From: Marsupella aquatica
Lineage: Eukaryota > Plantae > Marchantiophyta
Assembly: GCA_973895155.1 (NCBI GenBank)
Contig: OZ316892.1
Coordinates: 28,358,307 to 28,422,306, forward strand
Direction: 5' to 3'
Length of the DNA: 64,000 nucleotides
Each line of letters starts with the position of its first letter. Positions within the stretch are counted from its first letter, which is position 1. Both the position numbers and the translations under genes were made by a program. Of this stretch, positions 48,862-62,271 are shown in pieces. The notes under the pieces are model-generated. The model saw only the letters and a program-made list of their open reading frames with translations, made no database searches and had not been told where the DNA came from.

Positions 48862-51542
48862 TATCTGGCTTCTTCAATTCGGGGAGTGATAAGAGCCAAA
48901 GGATCCACCACTTCAGCCTGCGTGACACCCTAACGAGGGATCTGCGACTCTCGGTTCAGGAAACGCCTATGGCTGGTCTAACCCAAACGAGCTGCGATGC
49001 TGATTTCACCAATGTTTGCAGTTTGCAAGTTCCAGTAGGAAAGCACCTCCATGCTGCAGTCCGAATTGAGAAAAACTATCAGCTCAACGAAACTTCAGAT
49101 TATCGCAGCAGTACAGACTTGTTACGATTGCAGAGCCTAATCCCGAGAATTCACAGCGAAAGCCTGGCTGTGCCGACCTCCTTTCCTCGTTTGAGAGCCT
49201 ATATAGTGCACAAGGAGAATGGGCGAGATCTACATAGTATAGTATCCAATCTTGCCCATACTCCTTAGTGCGTTTTTACCCGAATTATCATCGTGGCGTG
49301 TCTTTTCACGAATGGCTATCTTGGGGGGAAGGAATCATCTTTGGCGTATCTTTTTTCGAATTGTCATCTTGGAGGAAAAAATACTGGCTATTTACTGAAT
49401 TTTATTTATTTTTGGCACCTTTCGATGGGCCCAAACACACCTCCCGGGGCCAATCGAAATATTTAAAATTGAAGCCGGATGCACGGGACTAATTCTAGCC
49501 TGACAAAAGATTAAAATGGAAAACCGACGCTACTGAAAGTTTCGCTGACATTGAAAACTGTGATGAACCGGTAAACAGAGGATATCTGAGAACCAGCCAC
49601 ACTGGCCATGTTTCTAGTTCAAAAGAAGGCGACGTTGATCAACAGTAGCTGCAAACGTTCACATGCTAACAAGCAGTCTTGGTTTTAACCGAAGTTGAAA
49701 TTGTTGCAGCTTTCCATGGATTAGTCACGAAGATTCTTACTATTCCTTATCAATATCAAGGTGGCTCAGACACCTCAACACCGAATTCGATTATTAGACA
49801 ATGACAGCTTTAAATGTTTGTCAAGGTATTGTGGTTGACACCTCCCAAAGCCCGTCAGACACTTACAAAGCATCAAAAGCAACTCTCACCAGAAGTTCCA
49901 GGACGAGGAACGATTGGAAAAAAGAGCACACCCCAATTGGACATCTAACTTGGTTCCACTAACCGCTTAATTACAGGGTGTTCTCATTCCTCCCTAATAC
50001 TTTGGATGTCCTTTACGATCAGGTGGGTGGGAAGCAGCACAAGGAGAGCTTGAAGTTGCTGAAATCAAATACTTGTCATAGGTTTTGCAAGTGGAGAGAT
50101 CCCCAGTATTCCAGCTAGTAAAACTCTTGTGAAGGTATCTAATGTTTTACTAGCCTTTTTTTGTGATTACTTGGATATCTCCAACACTGCTCAGATTAAT
50201 TCTAAGCTTGGTACACGTAACTTTATACTCGACGTGTGCAAATGAGCATCAGTAATGAAATGAATGGAAGGTCATGCTGTGAAGGTTGGAAGGATTGAAA
50301 CGAAGAATCCATTTTTTGTGATCAAGTTTTGCTGTGTAAAGGGTTTCTTCCCTATGGACTGAAAAGCTTTCAAACCCTTTCTATTTCATGCTCCACAAGA
50401 GCTTCCCAGTACACTAGTCATCAACTCTGAGGAATGTTTGCAGATGTGAGCAATGTTAGAGCAGGAAAGGCATTGTTTGTGAATTTAGATACGGACCTGG
50501 GTTTTCTCAGTATGAAGATGATGAGTTTTCCAAGACAAATGAACTCTCCTTTCTAAGATGCAATGGGCAATTTTTGGTTACGATGCAAGTAATTACTGGT
50601 TAGAAGTTTGAAGGGAATGGTGATCGGAAAATACAGTAAGTTTTGCTGATCAAGGGTACACAGGAAAATTCGAAACTTGAGCAGATCTGAGAAATTGGTC
50701 CAGCAGATTCGAAAGGAGCAAACTTCATTTATATTCACAATAAGAAAGAATTCTTGTACCTTGGAAACTGAACGATAAGGCATTCACCTGACCCAACAGA
50801 CTCATGAAAAACCTGGTTATTCAACTTTTCAGCCTTCAAAAGCCTCAACGACCATCAACGTCATAACTTGTCCGCAGGATTAGGTCCCATTTTTCAAAAG
50901 CTCCAACGTATTTAAGTGTAGTCAAATGTTGGAGCAGTTGATCATATATCCGCGCCAGGAACGATACAACGTTGCGATCTTGGCGTTCAAGTTGAATTTA
51001 TAAAACAAGTTGCTGCATCGCTCGCTGTAGTCGACGTATGATTGTTTGGCCGTTTGATTTCAAGAAAGAGTTCGATCATGATTCATAGAGCCAAAGTCGA
51101 GAGGATTTCAGACTGGATTTCAGGGTAAATTGAAACGTACGTACCAACATACTAATTATAGATTCGAAGAAAGATCGCAATCCAACTTGTCCATACACAT
51201 CATTCTACAATGGTTCAATAGGAGGTCGTTTTTAATGTAGAGGCGTGATTGTTGAGATTGAAGTTTTCGTCGAGCGGGCGCAGCGCTGCAAGTGAACAGT
51301 GTGACTGAACAGCAGGGAATTAGTATCAATTGCTCATTTCGATCGGTTTGAACAGCACTCATGTCCCAACCCGTTGGTAATCGGAAGTACGTCGTCATTA
51401 TCTCTTGAATAGGCTGCGATCGAGAGATTGCATGTACGCAGCTGCAGGCTCTAACCTTATATCGATCTGGCCCAGGTGCTTGAAGATGTTGTCTGAGTCG
51501 TAAGTCCCATCGATTATCAGAAACACACCATTGTACACTCGA

Positions 51543-53473
51543 ATGGATCCGCTCGTAGGAAGCTCGAATAATAATCGAGCAGTATCGATGTCGCGTCTGA
51601 CTTGTGATGAAATTGCCGAGAGTATTGCTGAGAACGAGGCCTGTCTCGTAGAATTCTTTTCGTCCGGTGAACCCGAGACGACGTCCATGTACGAGTTCAG
51701 ACAGGTTCATCAACCCCTCAACATCCGGGAGTCGTCGGAGACGGCAGGTTGTGGGCTATTCCTAGAAGGTCCTGCTCAGCCTGGTGATCTTCTAATTGTC
51801 GACAACGCCGTCGATTCCTGCGCATGCACCCGCGAATACACGCCCTACAAAGAAGATTCATACATCCATGCTCCGAAGGCAGATTGGAAGCCACCACGTC
51901 CTCGTGTTCCTCCTAGAGTACAGGAGGATCTGATAAACAAGCTTATCGTCTGCTCGAGTGCCCCCACGGACACTCGAGCAGACCTCGACCCTGTACGTAT
52001 TCCTCCCAATCTCACTTACCGAAGATTTTGTTACTTTCGACAGGGCTCCGCAAATCCGCTTTTGTCATAATGTACCTGTTAGAGTCGATCTCACTTTACT
52101 TGACGTCCGTCGAAGCACCGACTACGAAGGAACCGATTAGGGACAAGCGGTTCGACTTTACGAAGAAAAAAAAATTTTGAGCTAAAGGTTCTTCCTGGTG
52201 TTGTAGGTTACGAACGGGCTTAAGAGTCTTGATTCACGTTTTGCAGACAGCAGCAGCAGATGCAAATCCTCCGATCCTCAAAATCGGAGATTCTTGTCAT
52301 GGCGTGACGAGAACCCTGAGGCGAGTTCGTGTCACAGAAGCCAACCTGATGACCTGCCCCGGCGCCTGAAAAACGTTGTCACCAACAATGCAATCTGCAG
52401 CAAGGTGAGGAGCTTAAGCCTTAATGAACCGCCGCAGGTGGAAACGCTCGAGTGGTGGGGAGTGTGGCTCCTAGTGTCCTACATCAATCACTCATGTGCG
52501 CCCAACTGCCACCGGATGCGAGTCGGGGAGGCGATGTTCATTCGCGCTGCCACGGACATTGCAGCCGGAGAAGAGCTCACTGTTCCCTACTTCGACATAT
52601 TTGAGCCGCTTGCTATCCGTGACGCGCACTGTCAAACCTTCGGCTTCAGGTACGACTAATTTGTAAATGTAGAGCGAGTCGTGAACTGCGCGCTGTCATA
52701 CGGCGTTGGGAGACTAATTGACTTCTGCATTTATCGGAGATTTCAGGTGTGAGTGTTGTCGATGCTCATTCGAGCGTTCGCTTGGAACGCCTTACACCGA
52801 TATTCAGACGCAAATCGTACAGCTGAAGATGCAGCTGCAGACCGAGTGGACAGTCAATGCCACAGCTAGCGATGGAAAAGCCAACATTCTACTTCACCAA
52901 CTTGCAGACTTGGTATTTCCTGTCAACATATACGCAAGTTCAGAAGAAATAGATGTTCGGCCGACTCGTCGGCACACCAAAAGCACCAAGCGGGCTTCTA
53001 AGCTTCGGAAGAAGGACCATATGTCGAAGAAAAGAATTTTGCAGCAATGCTGGATTGAGGCATCATTCGTCGATGCTTACATAGCAATGTATGCAGTCTG
53101 CGCAGCCAGACCTTTCACCGGTATGAGGGAAGGTTTTGATCCCATTCTGTATTTAGAAAGTTTGAAACCAGATATTCCGATAACTCGAACTGAGGTCGGA
53201 CAGGTCGCGCAAAGGATGATTTATGCTTCGGTACAAGTTCTAGATATAGTCGCGCCAGTTCATCCGGGAAATATGTTGGGGCAGGAATTCTACTCCATCG
53301 GAGTGAAGGCCTACAGACAACTTCTCAATTGCGACGAGTCAGAACTCGAACTCTCTCAGAAGAGCGAAGATCTAGAAAGGTTTATAATGGAGGGCATATG
53401 CTTCTATTCACGGTATTATGGATGTTCAGATGAACCTATACTACTGGAGGAGCTACTGGAAATGGAGTCTTAA
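51543..53473 (+). CDS. Split-SET (SMYD/ATXR1-like) lysine methyltransferase, ~539 aa. Exons 51543-51992, 52207-52649, 52747-53473
   Basis: N-SET GCGLFL..PGDLLIVDNA; C-SET GVWLLVSYINHSCAPNC..RAATDIAAGEELTVPYFD; post-SET FGFRCECCRC. Phase-consistent GT-AG introns give 1620 nt. The start could alternatively be 51588. Confidence 0.85.
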
Positions 53474-54759
53474 GACCAAACCTCTCGTCCGACCGTCATT
53501 TTGCTGCTCTAGATACATTTTCGGATTGATTATTTCGGCCCGTGATTGAACATTGCAAACGTACTTAGGAGCACACTTTCATCCCAAGCTGCCTGATCTA
53601 TTTATTTATCATTCTTTATGAATCTCTTTTACGGGACTACCACAGTCAACCTCTGTCCAGTGCTGTAGGGACCTCCCGATGGACCATCATGAATTCCCAG
53701 TTTGGTCACGTCTGGTATATATGCTTTCGGTCTAGTATATAGCTCCTCAACCATTCTGCAAGTTCATTGCTCACCTGTGTGGTTGAAGTGTTCAGTATCG
53801 CCGCTGAAACCACAGAAATAAGACCGGTCGTTGTGCCAAGTTTGTTCTTGTGACCGTCCAGTCACATGCTGTCATATAAAATAATTTGAGGTACTTTCCA
53901 TTTGCATAATGTCCTTCTTGCACGTCTTGTTGATCATCCTGTCGATTGTTTTAGACTCATGTGTGAGTGTTTCAATGTTTTATGTAGCTTGTTTAGTATG
54001 TCCAGTAAGGTAATTATCCTAAATGAGATTGGCCAGACGCCAGATCCAAGGTTACAACAGATGCCAAACTGAACATGTTCCTGTTTTTGTTTCCTGTACA
54101 GGAAACGCAAATTGTTGATCTCCATCATTCTCTGTTACATAATTTATTGGTGTGAGTTGTTGTACACAATCCGAGCATCAAATTTGGAGATTGCCTTCGA
54201 TCCAAACTAGTCCAGCGATGAAAGTAAAATACCTTCAGTGGCTCTAGGGTGTCTTCAGGAAACGTCTCAACTAGCTTTCGAGAAGGTGACAGTCATCAGA
54301 GAGCAATCCGATTAGGGAATGTTGGATTCCGCGTCGATCTTTTTTATCCACGTTGCATTTCAAAAATAATCTTTTATGGACTAGGACTCCATCAGACCTT
54401 AAGAGTGCAGAAAAACGGTAACACCATAGCTGAGTAGCTAATCGTTTTGTCCACAGTTCGGGAAGCCTCTATTTGGTCGAAACTTTCATTACTGCCGCTG
54501 GAACCGCAGAAATTATGCCGATTGTTGTGTCGAGTTTTTTCTAGTGTCCAGTCAGATGCTATCATGCATGACATATACCTTGAGTACTTTCCGTCACTTG
54601 TACTTCTCCTTTCAAAGTCTTGATATTATTCGATCTCCATAGATTTAGAGTCAAATGTGATTGTGTGAAAGTTTGATGTAGCTTGAATACTCTGTTTCTC
54701 AAGTAATCTTAGATGAGATTGGCGAGACGGCTGCAACAGAGGCTAGATCAGGAGATCCA

Positions 54760-55340
54760 CCTATAAGAAACATCGCGGAAATCAATCTCGAGCTCGAACA
54801 CAATTGACAACAAGTAGCTGCAGCGTTCAAATATAAAATTGAGATAACAATATGCAATTAACAGAACAACGAAGTGGAAAATTGCAGAGAAGGTCCTCCC
54901 TTAATTGTTTCGAAAATCACTCTAGATCTTGGGAAAATTGAGAGAAGATATATCCACTTGAGAGACAACGAAGTGGAAAGATTGAACTCCACAGAAGATC
55001 CGCCATAAGAAAGTATTCAGAACTCAATCTCGAGCTCGGACAAAATTGGCAACAAGCAGCTGCACCTTTCAACTGGGCAATTTGAGAAAAACCCCAGTTG
55101 AGAGACAACGAAGTGGAAACATTGAACTCCACAGAGGATCCGCCATAACAAAATATTCAGAACTCAATTGACAAAAACCAGCTGCAGCTTTCAATTCGGA
55201 AAAATCGATATAACATCCAGCTGAGAGCCGACGGAGTGGGCGCAATGCAGAAAGCATCTGCCCATTAGAAACTTTCAGAAATCGATCTTGAGCTCAGACG
55301 AAACTGGCAGCAAGGAGCTTCAGCGTTCAATTGGGCAAAT
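54760..55340. repeat. Degenerate ~130-140 bp tandem repeats at the end of the duplicated block
   Basis: Repeated CAACGAAGTGGAAA..ATTGAACTCCACAGA.GATCCGCCATAA..TATTCAGAACTCAAT; related copies at 44810-44930 and 45330-45420. Confidence 0.7.
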
Positions 55341-57329
55341 TGCAACCTTACCGCACTGACTACCTTTCTAAACAAAATTACTGCACTACGATCACTCTGG
55401 AGAACTTCTCTAAAACTAGCGAATGTCCGAAACCAGACTCCAGTTTTCGCGCACAGTGTAAAACATAGCTCTTCTAGTCAGCCAACGGCCCCAATTATGG
55501 CGGAACTGAGAGGTCCCACCGTCTCGAGCCTCTCCCCACAGTTGGCGGCAGCAGGCGATCACTTTGGTGGGCCCCAGACGCCGAGTGCGCATGCGATCAA
55601 TGCATGAGCGTCGTCCGATGAGGGATCGACATCTCTACCGTAGCTGAGCAGTGACACGCTCAATGCATGCGCGGCGTCCGATGAGGAGACGACATCTCGG
55701 CCGTAGGTGAGGCCTAGTCCTAGTCACTGCTGATGAAGCAGAAATCCATTACCACAGTCATCTGCCGCCACCTCAGCGGAACTGTCCTACGCATGGCAAG
55801 AGCAGTAACTGCAGTTATGGGCTCCATCCTTTAATTAAACTTCTAAATGTGACGAGAATCATCGAAAGAGGACTGGATAACCTAAAACGGATAGTGTGGA
55901 AAGCTCGGATTGACACACATGTGTGACAGGGTGCTTGGATGGACTCACACAAACACGATCCAGAAATAAAATTGTACTTCTATTTACCATTTATAATTTC
56001 TCCCACAGTACTCTCTTCCAATTTGGCTACATTTTAAAATTGATTGTGTCCATGCCAGTCTCAACTCTAATCCTATGGGAGCTTTTCTTTGCAAAAACCT
56101 GGTTTCACTTCTTAAAATGTGTGGATGAGAGTTTTTCTATCTAGAAACATGACTTCACTTGCTCAAACTGCTAGTTTGTTACATTGTGGCTAAATTGTGC
56201 CTATCCCCATAAGGAGTGTCAAAGTACAACGAGTTCTAGATCCTGAAGGGTTACTTACCGAGGTACGTGATGGCTTGTGCAGACAGTGAGAACCGTTGAG
56301 TAGCAGTCGTGTAAGAGAGCAAGTGCGGCTTCGTATGGGAGGGGCCGCTGGAGGTGCAAGGGGCACTAGGGTGCTTGCTCAAGGTATTCCGTGAAGGCGT
56401 TCGGGCACCAGGGGCACTTGGGCGTGAGTGTTGGGATTGGTGAGGGCGCTGGGTGGCTAGGTCCACCACTCATCCAAAAAAATTAAGCCTTTAACACTTT
56501 GATTATGGGAGAACTTTGACACTCAATAATCTTAGATCCAATCTTTATGTTTGTGGAGCTTTTCTTTCCTGACACCTGGCTTCTCTTTCTCAAATGTGTA
56601 TGGGAGCTTTTCTTTTTCTCACACCGTCCTAACCACCAAGCCAAAAAATGGCCTCACTTTCTCAAACATGCCTGTGGGAGATATTGTTTTCAATAGTATT
56701 CCCGTGGGTGACTGAAGGGCTCTCCATCCCTATTCATAAGCATGATAAAATAAATATCTAGATTTTTTGTTATTAAGAACACTATAAAATAAAAACATTA
56801 TATTTATTTATTTATTTATTTATTTATAATATATATATAATAAAATACTGTTTACAAAGCATTGTGTGCCAGAATGTCCCAAAAAATTAGAGTCTCTGCT
56901 AGTGAGGGGCTATCACTGCCCCAAATGCTCTGCTAAGAGGATCTTAATACATAAATGCCAAAGATATTTTTATTTGAGTAATTTTACTTGAAGTAGCCAA
57001 GAATTTAAATGACGAGATGAGATGCCCTGAATTTTACAAAGTGAAAAGAGAAAAATCAGGAAAGGCTTGGATCCTCCAATGGCAGATGGTTTCACTTTCT
57101 CAAACTAATCAACGCTGTTCACTGACCTAACTAATCCGCTCCAAAACCGAGTCATACGCTCCTAATCACCTCTTCCAAAACATGGCTTTCACCTCCTCAG
57201 ACGTGTCTATGGGAGATTTTCTTTCCAAACCCATGACTCCGATGCCCCCCTTTTCACTCGCTTAATTAATTAATCCCACGCAAAGCCCAGTCATACCCTC
57301 CTAATCACGCTTTCCACCTCGGCGACAAG

Positions 57330-57540
57330 ATCAGGCAGGCCCAAGCTTTGACATGTGTGACCCCACCGGGCCCACAGGTGTCCTTTTCCCCCGCGGATAG
57401 GTGGGATTCATTAATTGCGAAACGTATTTAGCGAATGGGAGGAGGGCGCATAAAACCCTCTAATTCATCCAATTAGCGTTCCAAAGACCCTCTAATTGGC
57501 CATAATTTGGGGGGTAAAACGAGCTAATTAACCCGCTTTG
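57330..57540 (+). promoter_or_regulatory. Probable proximal promoter of the MA3 gene
   Basis: Site-II-like GGCCCA motifs (~57338, ~57369) ahead of a pyrimidine-rich leader starting ~57540. Confidence 0.35.
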
Positions 57541-59136
57541 AGCTTTCGACTCTTCGTCCTTTCCTCTGTTATTACTCTCCTTCTCTTCCACGGCGTCGTC
57601 GATTACCTCTCGTGTTCGAGTCTATCCATTTCGCACTCCTCCTCTTCCTCGCTCACCTCCTTTTGCTCCTTCCGACCTTCCGACGAACCGATCCTTCGAT
57701 TTCGCATTCCGAGGAGCTGCCTCTTCACCAACTTTCTCGAATCATCGTACGCACGACGGGCGACGAAGCATCGCAGTACTGTAGGAGGAAAAGCCATCCA
57801 ACTGAAACTGCGTAGAAGGTCATGGTTTCTTCTTGCAGTTTGTTCTCCTTCCTTCGCCCTGTGAAAAGCGCCGCATGATCATTTGAGGTGGAGACTGAAA
57901 CGGCATCGATTGATGCGGAGGGCGGAAGGGTAGAGATAAAGAAGAAAGAAAGAGATCGAGCGAGAGTGCCGTGGAGGGTTGGGCTGGCTGCCGTTCTGTT
58001 CCGTTCCGTTCCGTTCCGCGCCGTGCCGTCGTGCTCAGCAGTCGGCACTCACTTTCGCCTCCCTCTACGTCATCGATACATTCTGGTCTTCTTGGGGTTG
58101 GGGTTTAGTGGAGACGTGATCTGATGTGGAGCATTTCGCGTTAGGGCTTGTGGAAAATTTGAGTTGCGTATCGGATGTTAGAGAACGGTCTGCCGGTCGA
58201 TCGATTGGAGGGTGATGGACTGAGCGAGGCAATGCGGTGGTGATGCGCGGCAGGGTTTGCTCATCAGCTGCTGGAGGAGCGTCTCTGTCATTATTATTAT
58301 TAGCATTATTGCGACAAGTGCCGTCGTCGATTTGATCTGATTGGAGCCGATTAATTGAAGGTGGTGTTGGCGTGGCTGGCTCGGAATTGGGCTGGAGTGC
58401 AATTTATGGTTCTTCGGAAGGTATTCGTACATGCTAGGGTTTAAGGAGTCCAGCGCTGTCATGGTCACTCGCGGCTGATTACAGGAGCGAGCGTGCGTTT
58501 GGTAGGCAGAGTGGAGAAGCGTGGAGTGGGAGCTGTGAGAGTGAACGAGTCGGGTAGCCTTTCTCGAACGTGAGCGGAGCCGCAGGGTATCAGTAGAGGG
58601 CAAGCAAGCTTCCTGCATTTTTGCAAGAAGCTATTTTGATTTCTTCTGCTTTGGCGTCCCTGTAGAATTTAGGGTTTTTGGCGGTAGCCTCATTTTTCTT
58701 ACCTGTGTATTTTGCTCTGCATTCTGGAGACCTTAGTGAGGCGGAGAAATATATACTGAACATCTTTCGTTGCGGTCGTCGGCTGCTCCCTTACTCCCCT
58801 TGATCTTTCCTCCAGCAATTCTCCTCTCTCCTATTTGGAAAGAGGAGAGTAGATCGTCGTTTAATATTACTTTTAGAGATCAATTTTCGTGCTGCTGCCT
58901 GTTGGTTAGGCTCTTCAATTGGATAGACTTCAGTGCGGAGACATTCGGACGCTGGCAGAACTTTAGCGCTGAAAGCTTCATCCGTTTCATTCAAAGATCT
59001 GCTTCGCAAGTCTATTTTCATGTCGTCGTTTGCAATGCTCTCAGCTTAGGGAGTGGAGGGACCTGTCGTTCGCTTTGATCCCTTGCTCGGGAGAGAAAGT
59101 AAAGTTGTAGGGAGAGGAGGTAGTCAGGTCTAAAGG

Positions 59137-62100
59137 ATGTCCTCCACTACGGGATTTTTGACGGAGGAGCAGCGAAAGCTGCTGAGATCTGCGTCTCAAG
59201 GACGCGATACTGTCCCTCAGGAGGCCACCTCGCCGAAGGGTAGCTCTGGCTCTGGACATGGTAACAAGCTCGCGTCTGCAGGGAGTGGAAGTCTGACGAA
59301 GGACAAAAGGTCTAATTCCGGACGACAAGGGAAACCTAAAAAGGGTGAGTATTCCTCTCTTACTAGTCCTGCTCTACTTGTATTCTCTCATGGTTTCGGG
59401 TCCAAAGTCTGCAGACCTGGACTGTCACACGTCCCAGATGTGATAGCCACTCTCTACTTTCAAACATCTAGGATTGAAACCATGCGAGGTTGTCTTTTGC
59501 ATTTGGGGAAAATGATTGCAATATTGCTGCATTTTGATTGAAGGTGGGTGACGTATGGCCTCGACAGGGACTGTGTACTTGAAAAAGAACCCTTACTGTA
59601 GTTCTCACAATCCGTGAACATTTTTTCCGTGAATCGTAAAATGCAGATTTTGTTGTCGAGTATTTGGTGCAGCTCTCCTCTGGTCTCGTACTTCACTGTT
59701 AGCCTCATTGGGCTGGAAAATGCATCTCGTTAAAGTACTCAAGCTACATGTAAATGATATGGGAATTTGATATCTTGGATCTGTCACAGGTGGCGGTGGA
59801 GGCAAAGGTACATGGGGCAGTCTCCTGGATGGAGACAGCGACGTGCAGTGCGACCGACATGATCCTAACTACGATAGCGAAGAGGTCAGTTCAGTGTCTC
59901 TTGGAACCCTGTACGTCGTGTTAGTTTTGTCAATCGTCGAATTTCAGCCCGAGCTGTGTTTCCGCTCCCAGATTTGGCAGCGCGTATGGCGTGGGCCTTA
60001 AACAGAGGTAAAGCCTTGAGGTTCCCTCCCAGATTCGACAGTGAGAATTCTACCTGAAGGCGCCTGCCTAGTTTCGGTCATTTTATTCGATACAGGTGAG
60101 ATGCATCCATAGTTCTCTATATTCGAGGTACTTTTCATTTAAACGTCACTTTGAAGTCTCCGCCTCATTCGACCTGGTCCTTAATGCTGCAGGAGCCCTA
60201 CAAGCTGGTGGGAGCTCCAGTGGCACAGTCCTTGGAAGAGTACAGAGAAAAGGTGGTCACAATCATCGAAGAATATTTTAACAACGATGATGTGCCTGAG
60301 ACTGCAGCAATTCTTCGGGATGTGGGCTCTCCCAATTATCATCACTACTTCATTAAGAAACTGATTTCCATGGCAATGGACAGGCATGATCGTGAGAAAG
60401 AAATGGCATCGGTTTTGCTGTCGGCTTTGTATGCGGACGTGATTGAGCCTGAGCAGATAGCCAAGGGCTTCACGAAGCTACTCGAGTCTGTGGATGATCT
60501 AACCTTGGACATTCCCGATGCTTCTGACATCCTGGCCCTCTTTCTTGCACGAGCAGTTGTAGATGATATTCTACCGCCAGCATTCCTTACGAAGACACTG
60601 AAGGTGCTGCCTGAAGGGTGCGAGGGAATTAATGTCCTGCAGAAAACGGAGAAGAGCTACTTACTGGCGCCCCACCATGCTGAACTGGTGGAAAAGAAAT
60701 GGGGTGGGAGCACGCACACCACTGTGGAGGAGGTGAAGAAGAAAATCACGGTCCTGTTGAACGAGTATACACAGAGTGGGGATAGAGAAGAGGCGACCCG
60801 GTGCATCCGTGAACTCAATGTGCCTTTCTTCCATCACGAAGTTGTGAAGAAAGCCCTCACGTTAGCCATGGAGAAGAGAAGTGCGGAGTCTTCCATATTG
60901 TCTTTGCTTCAAGAATGCGCAGAGGAGGGCCTCATCACGTCCAGCCAAATGTCAAAAGGTTTTGCCCGGCTTGCAGACACGGTGGATGACTTGGCTCTGG
61001 ATATTCCTCAGGCTAAAGAGCTGCTGCAATCCCTTACAGCGAAGGCCAAGAAGGGTGGGTGGCTCGGCTCTTCATTAGCTAGAACTGCGTCGTCGGTGGA
61101 AATTCCTATGCCGGCTGATGATGACGCACGAATTTTCAAGCAAAAGGCAACTACGATCATACAGGAATATTTTCTTTCAGATGACATAGCTGAAGTGATT
61201 CGCAGTCTGGAAGATCTCGCTGCCCCTGACTACTATGCGACGTTTTTGAAAAGACTTATCACCTTGGCGCTGGATAGGAAATATCGAGAAAAGGAGCAAG
61301 CGTCAGTTTTGCTATCGGCCCTTTATGCCGAAGTGATTCCAGTTGGGCAGATAGCCAGGGCCTTTGTTTTACTACTCGAATCAGCTGAGGACACTTCTTT
61401 GGATATTCCTGACGCTGCAAATGAGCTGTCCCTATTCTTGGCTCGTGCGGTTGTGGATGATGTCCTTGCCCCTGTGTATTTGGATGAAATCGACGAGCAA
61501 TTGGATGACGATTCTCTGGGACGAGAAATTGTCCATAGCGCTCGTTCGGTTCTTGCTGCCACACATGCTGGTGAGTGGGATGATTTGCAAAGTTTTCGCT
61601 CGTCAATTTCTGAGGTTTATTCGTCATTGCATTGGCTGCAAACAGGTGCCCCTTGGATTTCTGCAGTATATCGCCGCCTCTTTTATCATTGTTTGCTTGA
61701 AACTTCTCAGTGGTGTAGTTGTTTGGTTTCTGTGTAATGCCCTCTGGTTGTTTTTCTCAACAAGCCTTGCCGTTATTGATGTCTTGCAGGAGAACGAGTC
61801 TTGCGCTGCTGGGGTGGTGGTGGCACGGGCCAACCCATTGACGATACCAAAGATAAAATTATCAAGCTTTTGGAGGAGTACGCAGCTGGGGGCGAACTTA
61901 GTGAGGCTTGTCAGTGTATTCGAGACTTGAATATGCCTTTCTTTCACCATGAAGTCGTGAAGAAAGCCTTGATCATGGCTATGGAAAAGAAGGACGATCG
62001 GCTGTTAGGTTTATTGCAGGAGAGCGCTAGTGAAGGTCTGATAACAACGAGCCAGATGGTGAAAGGATTTAGCAGGGTTGTTGATGCTCTGGACGACCTA

Positions 62101-62271
62101 TCATTGGATATCCCTGATGCGGAGGACAAGTTCAAATTGTACGTCAAAGAGGCGAAGGCCAACGGTTGGCTTAAGTCGTCTTTCTCTGAAGATAAAATCG
62201 AGGCTCCCTTGACAAACGGTGGGGATGCAGCATCAGCGGTAGTGTCGTCGATACAATTGGAAGACAAGTGA
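59137..62271 (+). CDS. MRF: MA3-domain translation regulator (PDCD4/MRF/ECIP1-like), 720 aa. Exons 59137-59344, 59790-59884, 60193-61570, 61790-62271
   Basis: GFLTEEQRKLL start, KKGGGGGKGTWG..DPNYDSEE, and four MA3 domains (IIEEYF, LLNEY..FFHHEVVKKAL, IIQEYF, LLEEY..FFHHEVVKKAL). Phase-consistent GT-AG introns give 2163 nt. Confidence 0.95.

Larger units (their letters stand above)
37245..54900. repeat. ~10-kb tandem segmental duplication (37245-44935 vs 47240-54900)
   Basis: Near-identical F-box gene, intergenic spacer and SET 3' flank at an offset of ~9990 bp. Confidence 0.92.

Noticed and set aside
55595-55760. Hammerhead-like strings (CCGATGAG..GACA twice; CTGATGA-AGCA-GAAA)
   Set aside because: Core mismatches, no room for stem II, and no convincing stems I/III by eye. 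An Infernal search would settle it.
57538-59078. ORFs upstream of the MA3 gene as conserved uORFs
   Set aside because: Low-complexity leader/intron sequence with unknown splicing and no conservation evidence.
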